DNA from: a virus
Taxonomy: Duplodnaviria > Heunggongvirae > Uroviricota > Caudoviricetes
IMG/VR virus record: IMGVR_UViG_3300045988_147305
Reading direction: 5' to 3' (one strand)
DNA length: 64,000 nt
The translations under genes and the position numbers were made by a program. The notes under the pieces are model-generated. The model was not told the origin of the DNA and did not search any database. It saw nothing but the letters and a program-made list of their open reading frames with translations. Below, piece after piece: positions 43,401-54,257 of the stretch; position 1 is the stretch's first letter, and every line of letters begins with the position of its first letter.

Positions 43401-44181
43401 TTGCGTCAAAAGTACCGGTAGGCAAGCGGTGGGCACCAAGAAATTCAGCTTTCCGTGATAGGCGCAGGCGTAACCGCTTCATGTTTGAACCTGAAACAAT
43501 GGACGGCGGCACAATCACGCACATGAATCCGCCTGGCTTTATCTTGTCCAGCATGCGGAGCATGAAGTAAGAACCCATGTCCGTTTCTTCTGCGTAAGGC
43601 TTATCGATGTTGCGTGTGTTATCACGACCACCGAACGGAACGTTACCCACAACATGGTCGAATGAATCGTTAGGCGTGCTTACAGCCAGCTGTTCGAACG
43701 GGGAAATCTGTACGCTGTCTTCCGGGTGTAACAGCTGGTTTATACGACCGGAAACACTGCTGATCTCAGTCGCAGTCATCACCGTACCAACCGGTTTTGT
43801 CTCATTAAAAACGCCGGTGCCCGCCGATGGTTCCAGAGTGTTACCTACGTCCGCGCCGTAGAGCTTCATGATCTCCCAGACACCTTCAGCGATCGGCTTT
43901 GGTGTGTAATATTCGGAGACGGACCCGCCAATGCCGCCTTCACCGGTGTACCCAGCCAGGATCTGGCGCTGTTCATCTGTCAGTGTCGCGCCGTCCACCA
44001 GCGAATTAAGCAAATCTATCGCCTTCTGATTCGCCTCCCGGCGCAGTCGGTCATAGCTTTTGCCTTCCACCTTTTCCACGCCGTATTTAATCGGCGCTCG
44101 GTGAGATGTTATTGCCCTAATGTATTTCAATATTTCGCTGACACTTGAACAGCGAAACACCCCCATAGATAGCTTGTTCAT
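37414..44181 (-). CDS. darB: DarB antirestriction protein (2255 aa) with N6-adenine MTase and SF2 helicase domains
   Basis: MTase motif EPSAGTGVF...GNVPFGG; helicase Walker A GFGTGLGKTT and motif II VIADEGHNYRN; length equals P1 DarB as recalled. Confidence 0.85.
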   Translation of the reverse strand: MNKLSMGVFRCSSVSEILKYIRAITSHRAPIKYGVEKVEGKSYDRLRREANQKAIDLLNSLVDGATLTDEQRQILAGYTGEGGIGGSVSEYYTPKPIAEGVWEIMKLYGADVGNTLEPSAGTGVFNETKPVGTVMTATEISSVSGRINQLLHPEDSVQISPFEQLAVSTPNDSFDHVVGNVPFGGRDNTRNIDKPYAEETDMGSYFMLRMLDKIKPGGFMCVIVPPSIVSGSNMKRLRLRLSRKAEFLGAHRLPTGTFDANGTSTVVDVVLMRKHPAEMAEKIPLVDEGTLESANVLWPTFISGKWFEKDGRRFVHGTQEKGFQGRIEVRADGQIDNQALKAKLIHRFESRIDWSLLNMAEPSPTADVVDEGEMRLINGVWQKYAGGRWIESDAGKELKIDVASYGADSWEALQRNLTTTEGRLGMTFTQMANVRDKYTTSISDDMVQLVDWINSQPEKYRERLYRGAMIGRMLIEYQDMKAAGHSAEQIEQQRLSLVSRLQAEIDRFGNPGRGPIAKLSGSGARAWFAFRGAIKLDGTISDELTGKLVTHDSSASYDSTSYQDTLRYLYSDLTRDPIQLDDFRLAFTGELPASDDELLNLLASTPGIAVSPYGGIVPFARATSGDINEIVAPKQEFLATLPDGPVKNNVLNQLAAIEEKRIKTPAENIRFKLNSRWFDRSVILEFLQENGYPDLRYVQSVQLEGDEMVSDTYHGGDGLFVGHRYGVVQRKDKETGEIRYEWDRKSGENATGFPAQLEKYLNGARIGGKDSATANGYREQMALLEDQFNKWIKTHDRYDELVAKYNDVFNSNIPYEHSGDPLGLKGLSGKRQPFDYQNSEVRRLSEDGRGILGFGTGLGKTTTALALEAFNYENGRSTRTAYVVPKSVLENWYYEAKEFLSEEAFSNYLFVGLDVLMDGDQIRQVPVLDENGKPVLGTDGTPVMRDALKLADEATITARMNAIPHSNYRAVVFTKEQYARIPLRDDTVDEHAQDMLYDFVAAGRVAGAMDSDSHRKEAARRRVLSEYSDTGTEKAEKYPYFEDMGFDSVIADEGHNYRNSYKNGREASQLAYLPTSAVAQSARDMAIKNAYLMKKNGGRGPVLLTATPVVNTPIDAYNMLSHVLPKEYWQKMGIYGPDDFVKFFGKTRLETVQKISGEVEEKMALVGFENLDALRGIFHRWTTLKTAEDVKDTVEIPELDEHQQDAPLTEEQLAAYEELRQQAEAAAKANNGVTTSVNEDGVIEHEKARPIFSIIRDMDRVCTDMDLYYRRITYRFLPEYADAVQQLADSLPKQATSEDDDSDDSITQQSQYSLIDKGEFIQLQVPEAFEQEVNKRLARFGIDEQTVTHPVTPKYAKLIATLKEFFPEGKQIIFTDEKTQHQKLKRIICNALNLEPSKVGILNAQTVAEAGKTGKKLKAVKPPKELPDEPTDAQIAKYNEQMALYDAYIAQQNEMSLGGLEKIAADFQEGRTPIIICNKKAEVGINLHRGTTDIHHLTLPWTPASIAQRNGRGARVGSNRASVRVHYYCGKGSFDEYRLKTLKRKAGWISDILRSDKSEMENADANDMIEMQMYTAKDDGERLAMMQVQMDKAKAAKRARQKEQATIDLQNYIKAQHAAGEDVEVLTAELERSKAELEKTTADVAKFKQAVMAKAADNADWKARWGSVHHTDRMLLAQYRASLKSAIQRKANISQAISRYEKLLNRTQKAATDIKRLRPLVEDAINKGILDVDPDLVNHANEFLVIGDRSWRVGQYYDCAGDIVRIKSLDFDSQRADVEIIFTFKGTKSGNWDVKTLDKQVDVTPDEDAVMQKISGGVSIAGINDIISCDDFYRFQQRGMIKITDSYGVQTTESGYSIDFVGSYTAPLKHAVYPDRRDGALKSSIAKWVLGMMSEGNNRQIRSAETFLVELFGSNYGDVIASYGDTLSPEAIQEKIADAIARMPEKTSQGATRNGDSELEVTNAIFGTHEFRASDYEITTAQFGTIGIYSNKAEIKQAMDAASARIAAEREANLNHAVAALTQSWVTAIREAATTGKITPAIADVVNDGSKFMDAYQMDAVKLPSAYGQLSYRMTYNLVSMFSDLAILGMVDLNEVTPELLSMRKNHVEILQRINTVLAGRTDEEKQADADRINLALGNITEEEIAARNEKQEELSSIQGDATSIAQSLGLNYRVSTADLKMMYAPKFAAGEVFGLQEASGMKGVLFRAKDAIKAKFGARWLPAKAKNSDFPGNWWIIETKHNVADVLAVIQQYA

Positions 44182-44247
44182 TGGTAATCCTTAACAAGTG
44201 ACTAGTGTTAAATTCCGTTCAAACACGATGTGAATTATTCTAATTAA

Positions 44248-46978
<2,731 letters not shown>

Positions 46979-46983
46979 CCATC

Positions 46984-47010
46984 AAAAATAACCCCGGCGG
47001 CTGCCGGGGT
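46984..47010. terminator. bidirectional terminator between convergent pro and lyz operons
   Basis: Perfect 9-bp stem AACCCCGGC-ggct-GCCGGGGTT; T-run on the minus-strand side. Confidence 0.6.
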
Positions 47011-47022
47011 TCTCGTTAACTA

Positions 47023-47277
47023 TTATCGCCTTCGTCTGCGTGCCATATATTTTCGCACCGCGCGACGTGGGCAATCTGAAGCGGTTTCTTTCTGCTGCAT
47101 CAATCTTGCAGCCATGCTCAAAAATGTCAGGCACAGCCGAAGCCCGGCATATAATAGCGGTTCCAGTGGCCACGTCTCATTGAGCACATATACCGCCATG
47201 AAAATCGAGTCAAAAACTATCGCCGCCAGCGATAACTTCATTGTCGAAAGTCGGCGGAGCTGCCGGAGTTTATTCAT
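47023..47277 (-). CDS. small membrane protein (84 aa) downstream of lyz
   Basis: Two hydrophobic segments; basic C-terminus; lies between lyz and the terminator. Confidence 0.4.
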   Translation of the reverse strand: MNKLRQLRRLSTMKLSLAAIVFDSIFMAVYVLNETWPLEPLLYAGLRLCLTFLSMAARLMQQKETASDCPRRAVRKYMARRRRR

Positions 47278-47827
47278 TGACCAGTCCCGTCAGGCAAAGC
47301 TGGCGTTCTTTTTCACGGCGAATCTTTAAACCTCGCAGGGGCACGCCGTTACTGTTCACGAAATCAGGGAGATGGTTACACATATTCACCCATTCCCCTT
47401 TCTGCGCCCACTTGTGGATGGACGTTTCTACTCGCATGCCTCGCGCTTTGCTGTAGTAGGTCCGTAAACTATTGCATCCCATATTGAATGCCGCGCTTGT
47501 CATTGCGCTAAAGGCATTATCGGGCATGTCTTTGCCCCGGAAGTGCTGGTTAATACAGCGTTCAGCGATCAGGATATTCTTTTCCCAATCAGCGGCGATT
47601 TGCTGGTCGGTTTTTCGCACGCCCGGCGTTACCCCGTGTGTATTACCAATCCCGTCAGTCCATACACCCGCCGGGCACATGTATGGGTCACGTCGGCAAC
47701 CTTCAGCGTTTCCGATAAGCTCAAGCCCCGCCTGGTTGGTTCGCACATTGCCATTACCCATCACGATGGTAATCATCACCGCGATAGCGCAAATTGCACC
47801 GCCTCCTGCGGCTGTTTTTCCCTTCAT
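47270..47827 (-). CDS. lyz: SAR endolysin (T4-type lysozyme with N-terminal signal-anchor-release domain)
   Basis: 185 aa; Gly/Ala-rich weakly hydrophobic N-terminus then lysozyme core (E...D...T). Confidence 0.85.
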   Translation of the reverse strand: MKGKTAAGGGAICAIAVMITIVMGNGNVRTNQAGLELIGNAEGCRRDPYMCPAGVWTDGIGNTHGVTPGVRKTDQQIAADWEKNILIAERCINQHFRGKDMPDNAFSAMTSAAFNMGCNSLRTYYSKARGMRVETSIHKWAQKGEWVNMCNHLPDFVNSNGVPLRGLKIRREKERQLCLTGLVNE

Positions 47828-47959
47828 AAAGACCTCATAAGCGAATTTTTACGCTCCAGGACAAACACCCATTCACAGCCAATACCGACTGACTCGATCC
47901 CTTTAGAAGACACAGGATAATGCAAATCACTTGTTAGCTACGTTTCAAAGATATACATT

Positions 47960-47976
47960 ATTGCTCTAATTAATTT
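47960..47976 (+). promoter_or_regulatory. C1 operator upstream of ssb (ATTGCTCTAATTAATTT)
   Basis: 16/17 match to consensus. Confidence 0.65.
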
Positions 47977-47995
47977 ATTTTATTAGGTAAGATAA

Positions 47996-48484
47996 GTGGC
48001 ACAACGCGGTGTAAACAAAGTCATCCTGATTGGTACCCTGGGGCAAGACCCGGAGATCAGGTATATACCAAATGGCGGCGCGGTCGGAAGACTCAGCATC
48101 GCAACGAATGAATCATGGCGCGACAAGCAAACGGGCCAACAGAAAGAGCAAACAGAATGGCATAAAGTCGTTTTGTTCGGAAAACTTGCTGAAATTGCGA
48201 GTGAGTATTTACGAAAAGGTTCTCAGGTCTACATCGAAGGGAAACTTAAAACCCGTAAGTGGACAGATGACGCCGGTGTAGAACGTTACACGACGGAAAT
48301 TATCGTCAGCCAGGGCGGCACCATGCAAATGATCGGCGCTCGCCGCGACGATTCACAGTCCTCAAATGGCTGGGGGCAGTCAAACCAACCTCAAAACCAC
48401 CAGCAATACAGCGGTGGTGGCAAACCTCAGAGCAGCGCCAATAACGAACCTCCAATGGACTTTGAAGACGATATTCCGTTTTAG
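47996..48484 (+). CDS. ssb: single-stranded DNA-binding protein
   Basis: OB-fold N-terminus, Gly/Gln-rich linker, acidic tail DFEDDIPF. Confidence 0.92.
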   Translation: MAQRGVNKVILIGTLGQDPEIRYIPNGGAVGRLSIATNESWRDKQTGQQKEQTEWHKVVLFGKLAEIASEYLRKGSQVYIEGKLKTRKWTDDAGVERYTTEIIVSQGGTMQMIGARRDDSQSSNGWGQSNQPQNHQQYSGGGKPQSSANNEPPMDFEDDIPF

Positions 48485-48566
48485 AGTTTATGAGTAAAAA
48501 ACGACTGAAAGAAAAGCGGTGGTCCAAACGCCAACAAAAGCACGAACTCGCTAAAAAACGCCAAAG

Positions 48567-49475
48567 TTGGCAATGGAACGCGTTTTTAACGAACAGAACA
48601 CCCCGAGATATTGCTTTCGCTGGTGGGAAAACATTCCTGACCCACCTGAAGGCGCAATACATCAGTTTTTAAGCAGAGAAAAGACTATGGCAGCACAAAA
48701 TACTAAAACAATTCAATACCGCCTGCGTAATGGCCAGAGTGTCGAAGTGACCATCAATAATGATGGTGTACCTGGCGAAAAGGTTTCTATCTCCGATCTG
48801 GCTATCGAAAAAACCATCATGTGCCACCTTGGCTTTACTGAAGAAGTGAGCAAAAAGCATGGTGTAGCAATCTGGAGCGCAATGGATACTGGTATGCGCA
48901 GATTCATTACTGCTCGTACTCCAGGGATGACCATGATGGACCTCATGCAGATTGCGCCGCTGTTTGAATGTGAGCCTTTAGATGTATTCAGCAATCCAGC
49001 TATCTGCCAGCAGCTATATGGTGAGATGAAACTCGCGGTTACCCCCATTGTGCTGCATGAAGGATCGCTTGCTGGCGTGTGGAAAGTGGAGCGTATTTCA
49101 AGCTACATGCCTTTCCATGTCAACGGCGTAATCACTGGTGAAAATCAACCTGTTTCCGTTATAAAGTCAGACCTCAAGCGCGCAATTCTTGAAGCAAGTT
49201 GTCGAGTTGTCGGCCTGGGCAAACAGTCTTATGTTTCCTTCCCGGCTGGCCCTGAAGGCCCGGCAGAAATTCTGATTATGGATGCCGATCTGCTATGGCA
49301 AATACAGTTTCTGATTGGCAAAAGCATCATCCGCGCTGAAGAACTCGATCAGTACATTACCTGCACGATGACGGATGAAGTCAAAAGTGTGGCTATAGCC
49401 AATGCCCGGAACCTATGTCGTGCTGCATTAACAGAACTGCAAGAAAACACCACGGAAGAGGTGGAAAGTGATTAA
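48567..49475 (+). CDS. hypothetical protein (P1 isaA position), 302 aa; true start may be ATG ~48687
   Basis: Synteny only. Confidence 0.45.
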   Translation: MAMERVFNEQNTPRYCFRWWENIPDPPEGAIHQFLSREKTMAAQNTKTIQYRLRNGQSVEVTINNDGVPGEKVSISDLAIEKTIMCHLGFTEEVSKKHGVAIWSAMDTGMRRFITARTPGMTMMDLMQIAPLFECEPLDVFSNPAICQQLYGEMKLAVTPIVLHEGSLAGVWKVERISSYMPFHVNGVITGENQPVSVIKSDLKRAILEASCRVVGLGKQSYVSFPAGPEGPAEILIMDADLLWQIQFLIGKSIIRAEELDQYITCTMTDEVKSVAIANARNLCRAALTELQENTTEEVESD

Positions 49476-50562
49476 TCGTATACAGAATGAATCTGCCTGG
49501 TTAGCACTGATAGAACGGTATAAAGACAATTGGGAACTGGCAGCAAAAGAGTTGCTTGATATTGAGTTAACACCTCATCAAGCAAAAATTATTAACGCGA
49601 TAAAGAACACCGGAGCCAAAGTCACTGCCACCACACCACATGGTATTGGGGAAACCTCTATTGTGGCAGTGATTAGCATCCTGCAAACAATACTGTATTC
49701 GTGTTCCCGTACAGTGGTTGTTTCTCCTGCGATTAACGATAGTCGAAAAACAATAATTGACTATATGTTCCGTTATTGGGAGCGAGTTACCCAAAAACAC
49801 CCTTTTCTTGGCAATTATTTCAGAATACACCCTGACAAAGGGTTGGTGCATATCAGTGAAACATGGGGATGCGTCTATATAACCTATTGTCTGAATAACG
49901 AAGAGTCTCTGGCTGGTTTTACTGGACCGCACGATCTTTTCATCGTTATTAACTCGGCGGAAATCAGCGATCGCGCTCATGCAGTGATAACTGGCAATTT
50001 AACCAATTATGACTCGCGCCTGCTGTTGCTGTCGAAACCATCGGAACGCGAGAAAGGGTACTTTTATGATTCGCATCACCGGTTGGCCCATAGTAAAAAC
50101 AATCCTGCTGGTTTTTTCACGGCGATAACTCTAAACACAGAGGATTCACCTCTCGTTTCTGAAGCATATCTTGAATTCAAAGCCAAAGAGTTTGGTGGGC
50201 GCAATAGCGATGAATATCGCCGATTGATCTTGGGGAAATTCCCCGGGATTCGGGAGTTGATGGAAAAGTCATCTGTTCCCCGTAATATGCACTTCACAAT
50301 GACTGACGGTAGTAAATGGGTAGTGCCTACGATCGTGATCGCCAAACACCATGCGAAACATCACGCTCAAAAACACAACTCCAGCACATTAGACTGGCTG
50401 AAGGCCTATACAATACCGTTATTCTCGGCAAACCATAACGCTATAACTGAATGGGCTAAACAAATCCCCTGGCAGGATGTGGCTGAAGAGGCATTTGTCG
50501 AAAAACCACCAAGAGATTTGCACGAGCACTGTTGGCTGACATCAGAAAAAAGCTTCTCGTGA
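49468..50562 (+). CDS. paralog of the PacB terminase ATPase domain with degenerate Walker A/B, 364 aa
   Basis: Aligns by eye to PacB residues ~10-260 ([36 protein letters not shown]); Walker A GTGKS becomes GIGET, Walker B IIDEAS becomes VINSAE; no nuclease domain. Confidence 0.6.
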   Translation: MINRIQNESAWLALIERYKDNWELAAKELLDIELTPHQAKIINAIKNTGAKVTATTPHGIGETSIVAVISILQTILYSCSRTVVVSPAINDSRKTIIDYMFRYWERVTQKHPFLGNYFRIHPDKGLVHISETWGCVYITYCLNNEESLAGFTGPHDLFIVINSAEISDRAHAVITGNLTNYDSRLLLLSKPSEREKGYFYDSHHRLAHSKNNPAGFFTAITLNTEDSPLVSEAYLEFKAKEFGGRNSDEYRRLILGKFPGIRELMEKSSVPRNMHFTMTDGSKWVVPTIVIAKHHAKHHAQKHNSSTLDWLKAYTIPLFSANHNAITEWAKQIPWQDVAEEAFVEKPPRDLHEHCWLTSEKSFS

Positions 50563-50593
50563 GGTAAAAATCCCGCCGATTGGCGGGATTTCT

Positions 50594-50902
50594 TCAATAT
50601 ACGATCTGGTCTACATGATCACCAAAATCATCGTCGTCGTCCTCATCGCCACCATCTACTGCTGGCCAATCAACAAACCAGCCAGCGTAAAGATGCAGCG
50701 TTCGGAGAACATCACTTGCGGGAGCATCAAGGGTGTTAACGAATCCCATATAGCTATTGGGATTTGCCCCAGCTATGGCTTCAGCGATCATGTCCTCGGT
50801 AATGTCACCGGAGATAATGCTTAAACGCCCGGAAACTTCTTCATTATCATCAAATTCGATAATGGCATCTCCACCTAATGGCGCTGCGATTTTAATCTGC
50901 AT
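50594..50902 (-). CDS. acidic small protein, 102 aa
   Basis: Last ORF of the dar operon; poly-Asp tract. Confidence 0.4.
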   Translation of the reverse strand: MQIKIAAPLGGDAIIEFDDNEEVSGRLSIISGDITEDMIAEAIAGANPNSYMGFVNTLDAPASDVLRTLHLYAGWFVDWPAVDGGDEDDDDDFGDHVDQIVY

Positions 50903-53879
50903 TATTTAGCTCCTTTGCCACACCTAATAACAGTTCCAGCAATCCGTCACCATTCATCAGTGATGCGGCAGCGGCCTCTTTGTCATGATACAACTGAAGA
51001 GCCATAGAGAATACTTCCGTTGCTGACGTTTTGGAAATAGTCGGTGATTTCTGCCGAATTTTCCCGGTGTTACTTACTGAGGCTGGCGGGTATACCTTCG
51101 CCATATAAATATTACTCAATCGAGATCTGAAGCACCATTCAGGCTTGCCACGCCCACCGATATTGACGAAAGATGGCTTATCCCCTTCAACATTGGCCTT
51201 CAGGAATGACCGGGCTTTCTCTAACAAACCAGGGTTACTGTACTCAAGATGATGACCCAGCTCGTGCCACAGTGCACTTGCATTTTCATCGTTCAAATTG
51301 ACAGCAACAACACCATTTAGATTTGCATATGCCCTTCCCTGGTGGTGAACTACCTTTGATAAGGTCGATATTTTCCCGCCAGTCAGGCGATAAATATCAG
51401 CAAGTTCCTTGCGCAGGTCTATCCCACCATTCTGTCCAGCGCGGGCTTCTTCCACTTCTTCTGTGATAAAAGAGTCGGCCCACTCAAGAGCTTTTTCTTC
51501 AGATACGGATGAGTTTGCGATCGCACTGTTCATGGCAGATAACACTTTCTCGTGGACCGAACCCATACTTCGCTGATTCATTTGCCAGCGTGTCTGCGGG
51601 TTATATGAGAATCGCTTAAGTAGTTGGTCAAGCTGCTCAAGTTCTTCTTCACTGACATACTTTTTAGCCTCACCAATAATGCCAGGGAGAATATTGCCGT
51701 TAGGATTAAACGCTCGCGAAAGGAAGAGTTTCAGCGCCCCCATGCCCTCCGATGCTTCAATATCACCAATAACCCGGTTAACAATGGCCGCACTCTTCGG
51801 ATTAGCATCTGCCAACGCTCTGGCTACGATTTGCAGGGACGATACGACCTCACGCTGCATATCAGTCCTGATCTCATCAATAAACTCTGGCGTTATGCCG
51901 TGCTCTTTAAGGATATCCCGGCCTTCCGCCGTTACCCCATCGATATCACCGACATGTTTATTAACACGACTTTGCAATGCCTTAAATGCCTTCAGAATTC
52001 CACGGGCATCATCCGCTTTACTAACGGCCTTCCTGAATGCTGGCAAGAAGTCTGAGTTAACCTCATTTTGTTGATCGGCCCACTGAATGGAGGCTTCTTT
52101 CATCTCGTCCAGAGTCAGATCACCCAACGCGGTATGGTCTGTGAATATGAGCGACAACCTCTGAACCATTTCTGCCAATGGTGATGCCGAATGCGCCGCG
52201 CTAAGGAATGCTTTCACCCTGGTTGGGCGAATGGAAAACCAGTCAATAGCTGGTGGCATATCTCCGTTTTTTATCGCCTGCGCTATCTCGTCAAAGCCAT
52301 CGCGCCCAAGGGAGGATGCGTGATTTAACAAGCCGCGAAGTAACGAATTGCTGATACCGAATAATCGGCACCATTTTTTCACGTCGGCAACAGGCATTCG
52401 AACAAAATGCGCAAGCACTTGTACAAGCTGTTCATCCTGGGGATCTGTGCGGGAAAGCAGCCTGATCAGATGAATAATGTCTTTGATGCCGGATGCCCGA
52501 TGTAATAGCAAACTGGTATACGGAGCAACACCGTTGTAACTACCGCCGGAAACGGACTCGAAAAGACCGCCGGATATCCCTTGCATGCCTTCGTTTTCCA
52601 GTTCCTGAGACACCTGGCGAAGGATATCCTGTAACGACACATCACCACCGCCAAACATATCCCCCAGCGCCTGGCCCTGGTGCTGTAACTCATCATTGAT
52701 ACGTTGAGCCATCAATTTAAAGGCGGTGGCCATACGCTTCGCGCTACGGTTATTCGCGACGATGAACAACGCGAGAGCTTTCACTTCCGGGGCTGTTTCG
52801 CTGAACATATCCCCCTGAGCAATAACATCGGTAATATGTTGGCCTGACTCCTTCGATTGCCTTACCAGGTCTACCGCATCTTTCAATGCCGCCAGCGCCT
52901 TTTTATCGAGACTATCCGCTGTCTCAATACCATCAACAATAGTTGTCACAGCCTGCTTGTGCGCTTCTCCTGATAAAGCCTGCATCTGGACAAAATCATT
53001 GGCTGCCGCATTAAGCGCCGTCAGAACATTACGCATATCCGGATCAGGTTCTTCTGCAACCATTCTTACCAGGCGCGCATCCTTATATGCCTTGGCAAAG
53101 ATCGCGTTTTGTATACGGTCAACAAGTTGCCGTGTTGGTCGCCCATCTTCCGTTACAAGGCCAGCAGCCTGTGTGGCACCAACTTGCGTCATGAATCCGC
53201 GAATAAACGCGTCATTACTGCGGCTAAGCAGATCTCCGCTTTCTGATGGGTTAAACAGCGCCATCATCGCCGGAGTTATGCTGTCGGCATCAACAAAAGC
53301 CTTTTCACTGGCTGCCATTTCCTGGAGATCAGAAATATTTGAGTCCTTGGCAAACTGAACACGGTCAACCTTCGTTAACCGGCGGCGCACCAGTACCGGA
53401 GCCGTCATTGATTCAACCTTTTCAGGTCGTATTCCGAATTCGGTCGCATGTTCAATCAGGTACTCACGATACCGATCCGCATTGCCGTCCTGATAGGCTT
53501 TGATGATCCCCATGGTCCGTCCATTACCTGACTCAATGGCATTGTCCTCACCAATTATCGGCGCGCCATGGCTGGATAAACCGGAATCGGTAAGCTGGGC
53601 AGGACGCAAATCCTTGGATATCTGGTTGACCTGAAGAAGGCTGGATGCGCGGGTCCGGTCGCGCGGCTGAAGTTCCTGGGGATAGTCTGGATTAATTTTC
53701 CCATCCAGAGTATTGGATACCAAAAGAGCTGAGGCATCGACGATATCAAACGCTGTTTTTACCTCGTCTCCCTTCGCTGTCACCACATACGAAACCCGCC
53801 CGTAATCGGGCAGGTTTTTTAGCAGCTCGATCAGCGTTTCTATGCTGGTGGCCATCACCACCTGATCGCTTAAGCTCAT
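50892..53879 (-). CDS. ddrB: DdrB-like protein (Dar system), 995 aa
   Basis: Large ORF in operon order hdf-darA-ddrA-ddrB. Confidence 0.6.
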   Translation of the reverse strand: MSLSDQVVMATSIETLIELLKNLPDYGRVSYVVTAKGDEVKTAFDIVDASALLVSNTLDGKINPDYPQELQPRDRTRASSLLQVNQISKDLRPAQLTDSGLSSHGAPIIGEDNAIESGNGRTMGIIKAYQDGNADRYREYLIEHATEFGIRPEKVESMTAPVLVRRRLTKVDRVQFAKDSNISDLQEMAASEKAFVDADSITPAMMALFNPSESGDLLSRSNDAFIRGFMTQVGATQAAGLVTEDGRPTRQLVDRIQNAIFAKAYKDARLVRMVAEEPDPDMRNVLTALNAAANDFVQMQALSGEAHKQAVTTIVDGIETADSLDKKALAALKDAVDLVRQSKESGQHITDVIAQGDMFSETAPEVKALALFIVANNRSAKRMATAFKLMAQRINDELQHQGQALGDMFGGGDVSLQDILRQVSQELENEGMQGISGGLFESVSGGSYNGVAPYTSLLLHRASGIKDIIHLIRLLSRTDPQDEQLVQVLAHFVRMPVADVKKWCRLFGISNSLLRGLLNHASSLGRDGFDEIAQAIKNGDMPPAIDWFSIRPTRVKAFLSAAHSASPLAEMVQRLSLIFTDHTALGDLTLDEMKEASIQWADQQNEVNSDFLPAFRKAVSKADDARGILKAFKALQSRVNKHVGDIDGVTAEGRDILKEHGITPEFIDEIRTDMQREVVSSLQIVARALADANPKSAAIVNRVIGDIEASEGMGALKLFLSRAFNPNGNILPGIIGEAKKYVSEEELEQLDQLLKRFSYNPQTRWQMNQRSMGSVHEKVLSAMNSAIANSSVSEEKALEWADSFITEEVEEARAGQNGGIDLRKELADIYRLTGGKISTLSKVVHHQGRAYANLNGVVAVNLNDENASALWHELGHHLEYSNPGLLEKARSFLKANVEGDKPSFVNIGGRGKPEWCFRSRLSNIYMAKVYPPASVSNTGKIRQKSPTISKTSATEVFSMALQLYHDKEAAAASLMNGDGLLELLLGVAKELNNAD

Positions 53880-53891
53880 CCCTGTTACGCC

Positions 53892-54257
53892 TTATGCTGC
53901 CTCTTTAATGTTGGCGGCTATCCATGCCGCCGTGTGCTGTTTAACCTGGTCCAGGTCGATGTATGTGCCAACATATTGACTCAAATCCTGCAAGGTACCG
54001 ATAAATGCATCGGTGCTCTGATCGACGAATTTATCAGCCAGGAAATCAGCAACCAGTTTTGGCACACCATCATGTACCGAAGGTTGTTTTTCCTCGCCAC
54101 TACTGCCGCCGGACACACCGTACCCCATCTGTTGCATGATCTGGTCAATTTCATCGCTGATATCCAGCAACTCCATGCCACTCGCGGTAGCCGCTTTGGA
54201 CATCAGAGCATCCAACTTATCGCTGAGATCCATTAACTCAATAGCTGATAGTGTCAT
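53892..54257 (-). CDS. ddrA: DdrA-like protein, 121 aa
   Basis: Internal duplicated motif (IELMDLSDKLDALM / MELLDISDEIDQIM); coupled to darA. Confidence 0.55.
   Translation of the reverse strand: MTLSAIELMDLSDKLDALMSKAATASGMELLDISDEIDQIMQQMGYGVSGGSSGEEKQPSVHDGVPKLVADFLADKFVDQSTDAFIGTLQDLSQYVGTYIDLDQVKQHTAAWIAANIKEAA

Noticed and set aside
37545-43861. Numerous plus-strand ORFs of 60-180 aa inside the darB coding region
   Set aside because: All are antisense to a single 2255-aa ORF with clear methyltransferase and helicase motifs; typical shadow ORFs.
48669-50597. An IS1 copy in the isa region, as recalled for P1
   Set aside because: No transposase-like ORFs (InsA/InsB) or IS1 terminal inverted repeats are visible between the isaA-like gene and the pacB paralog; the interval is continuous coding sequence.
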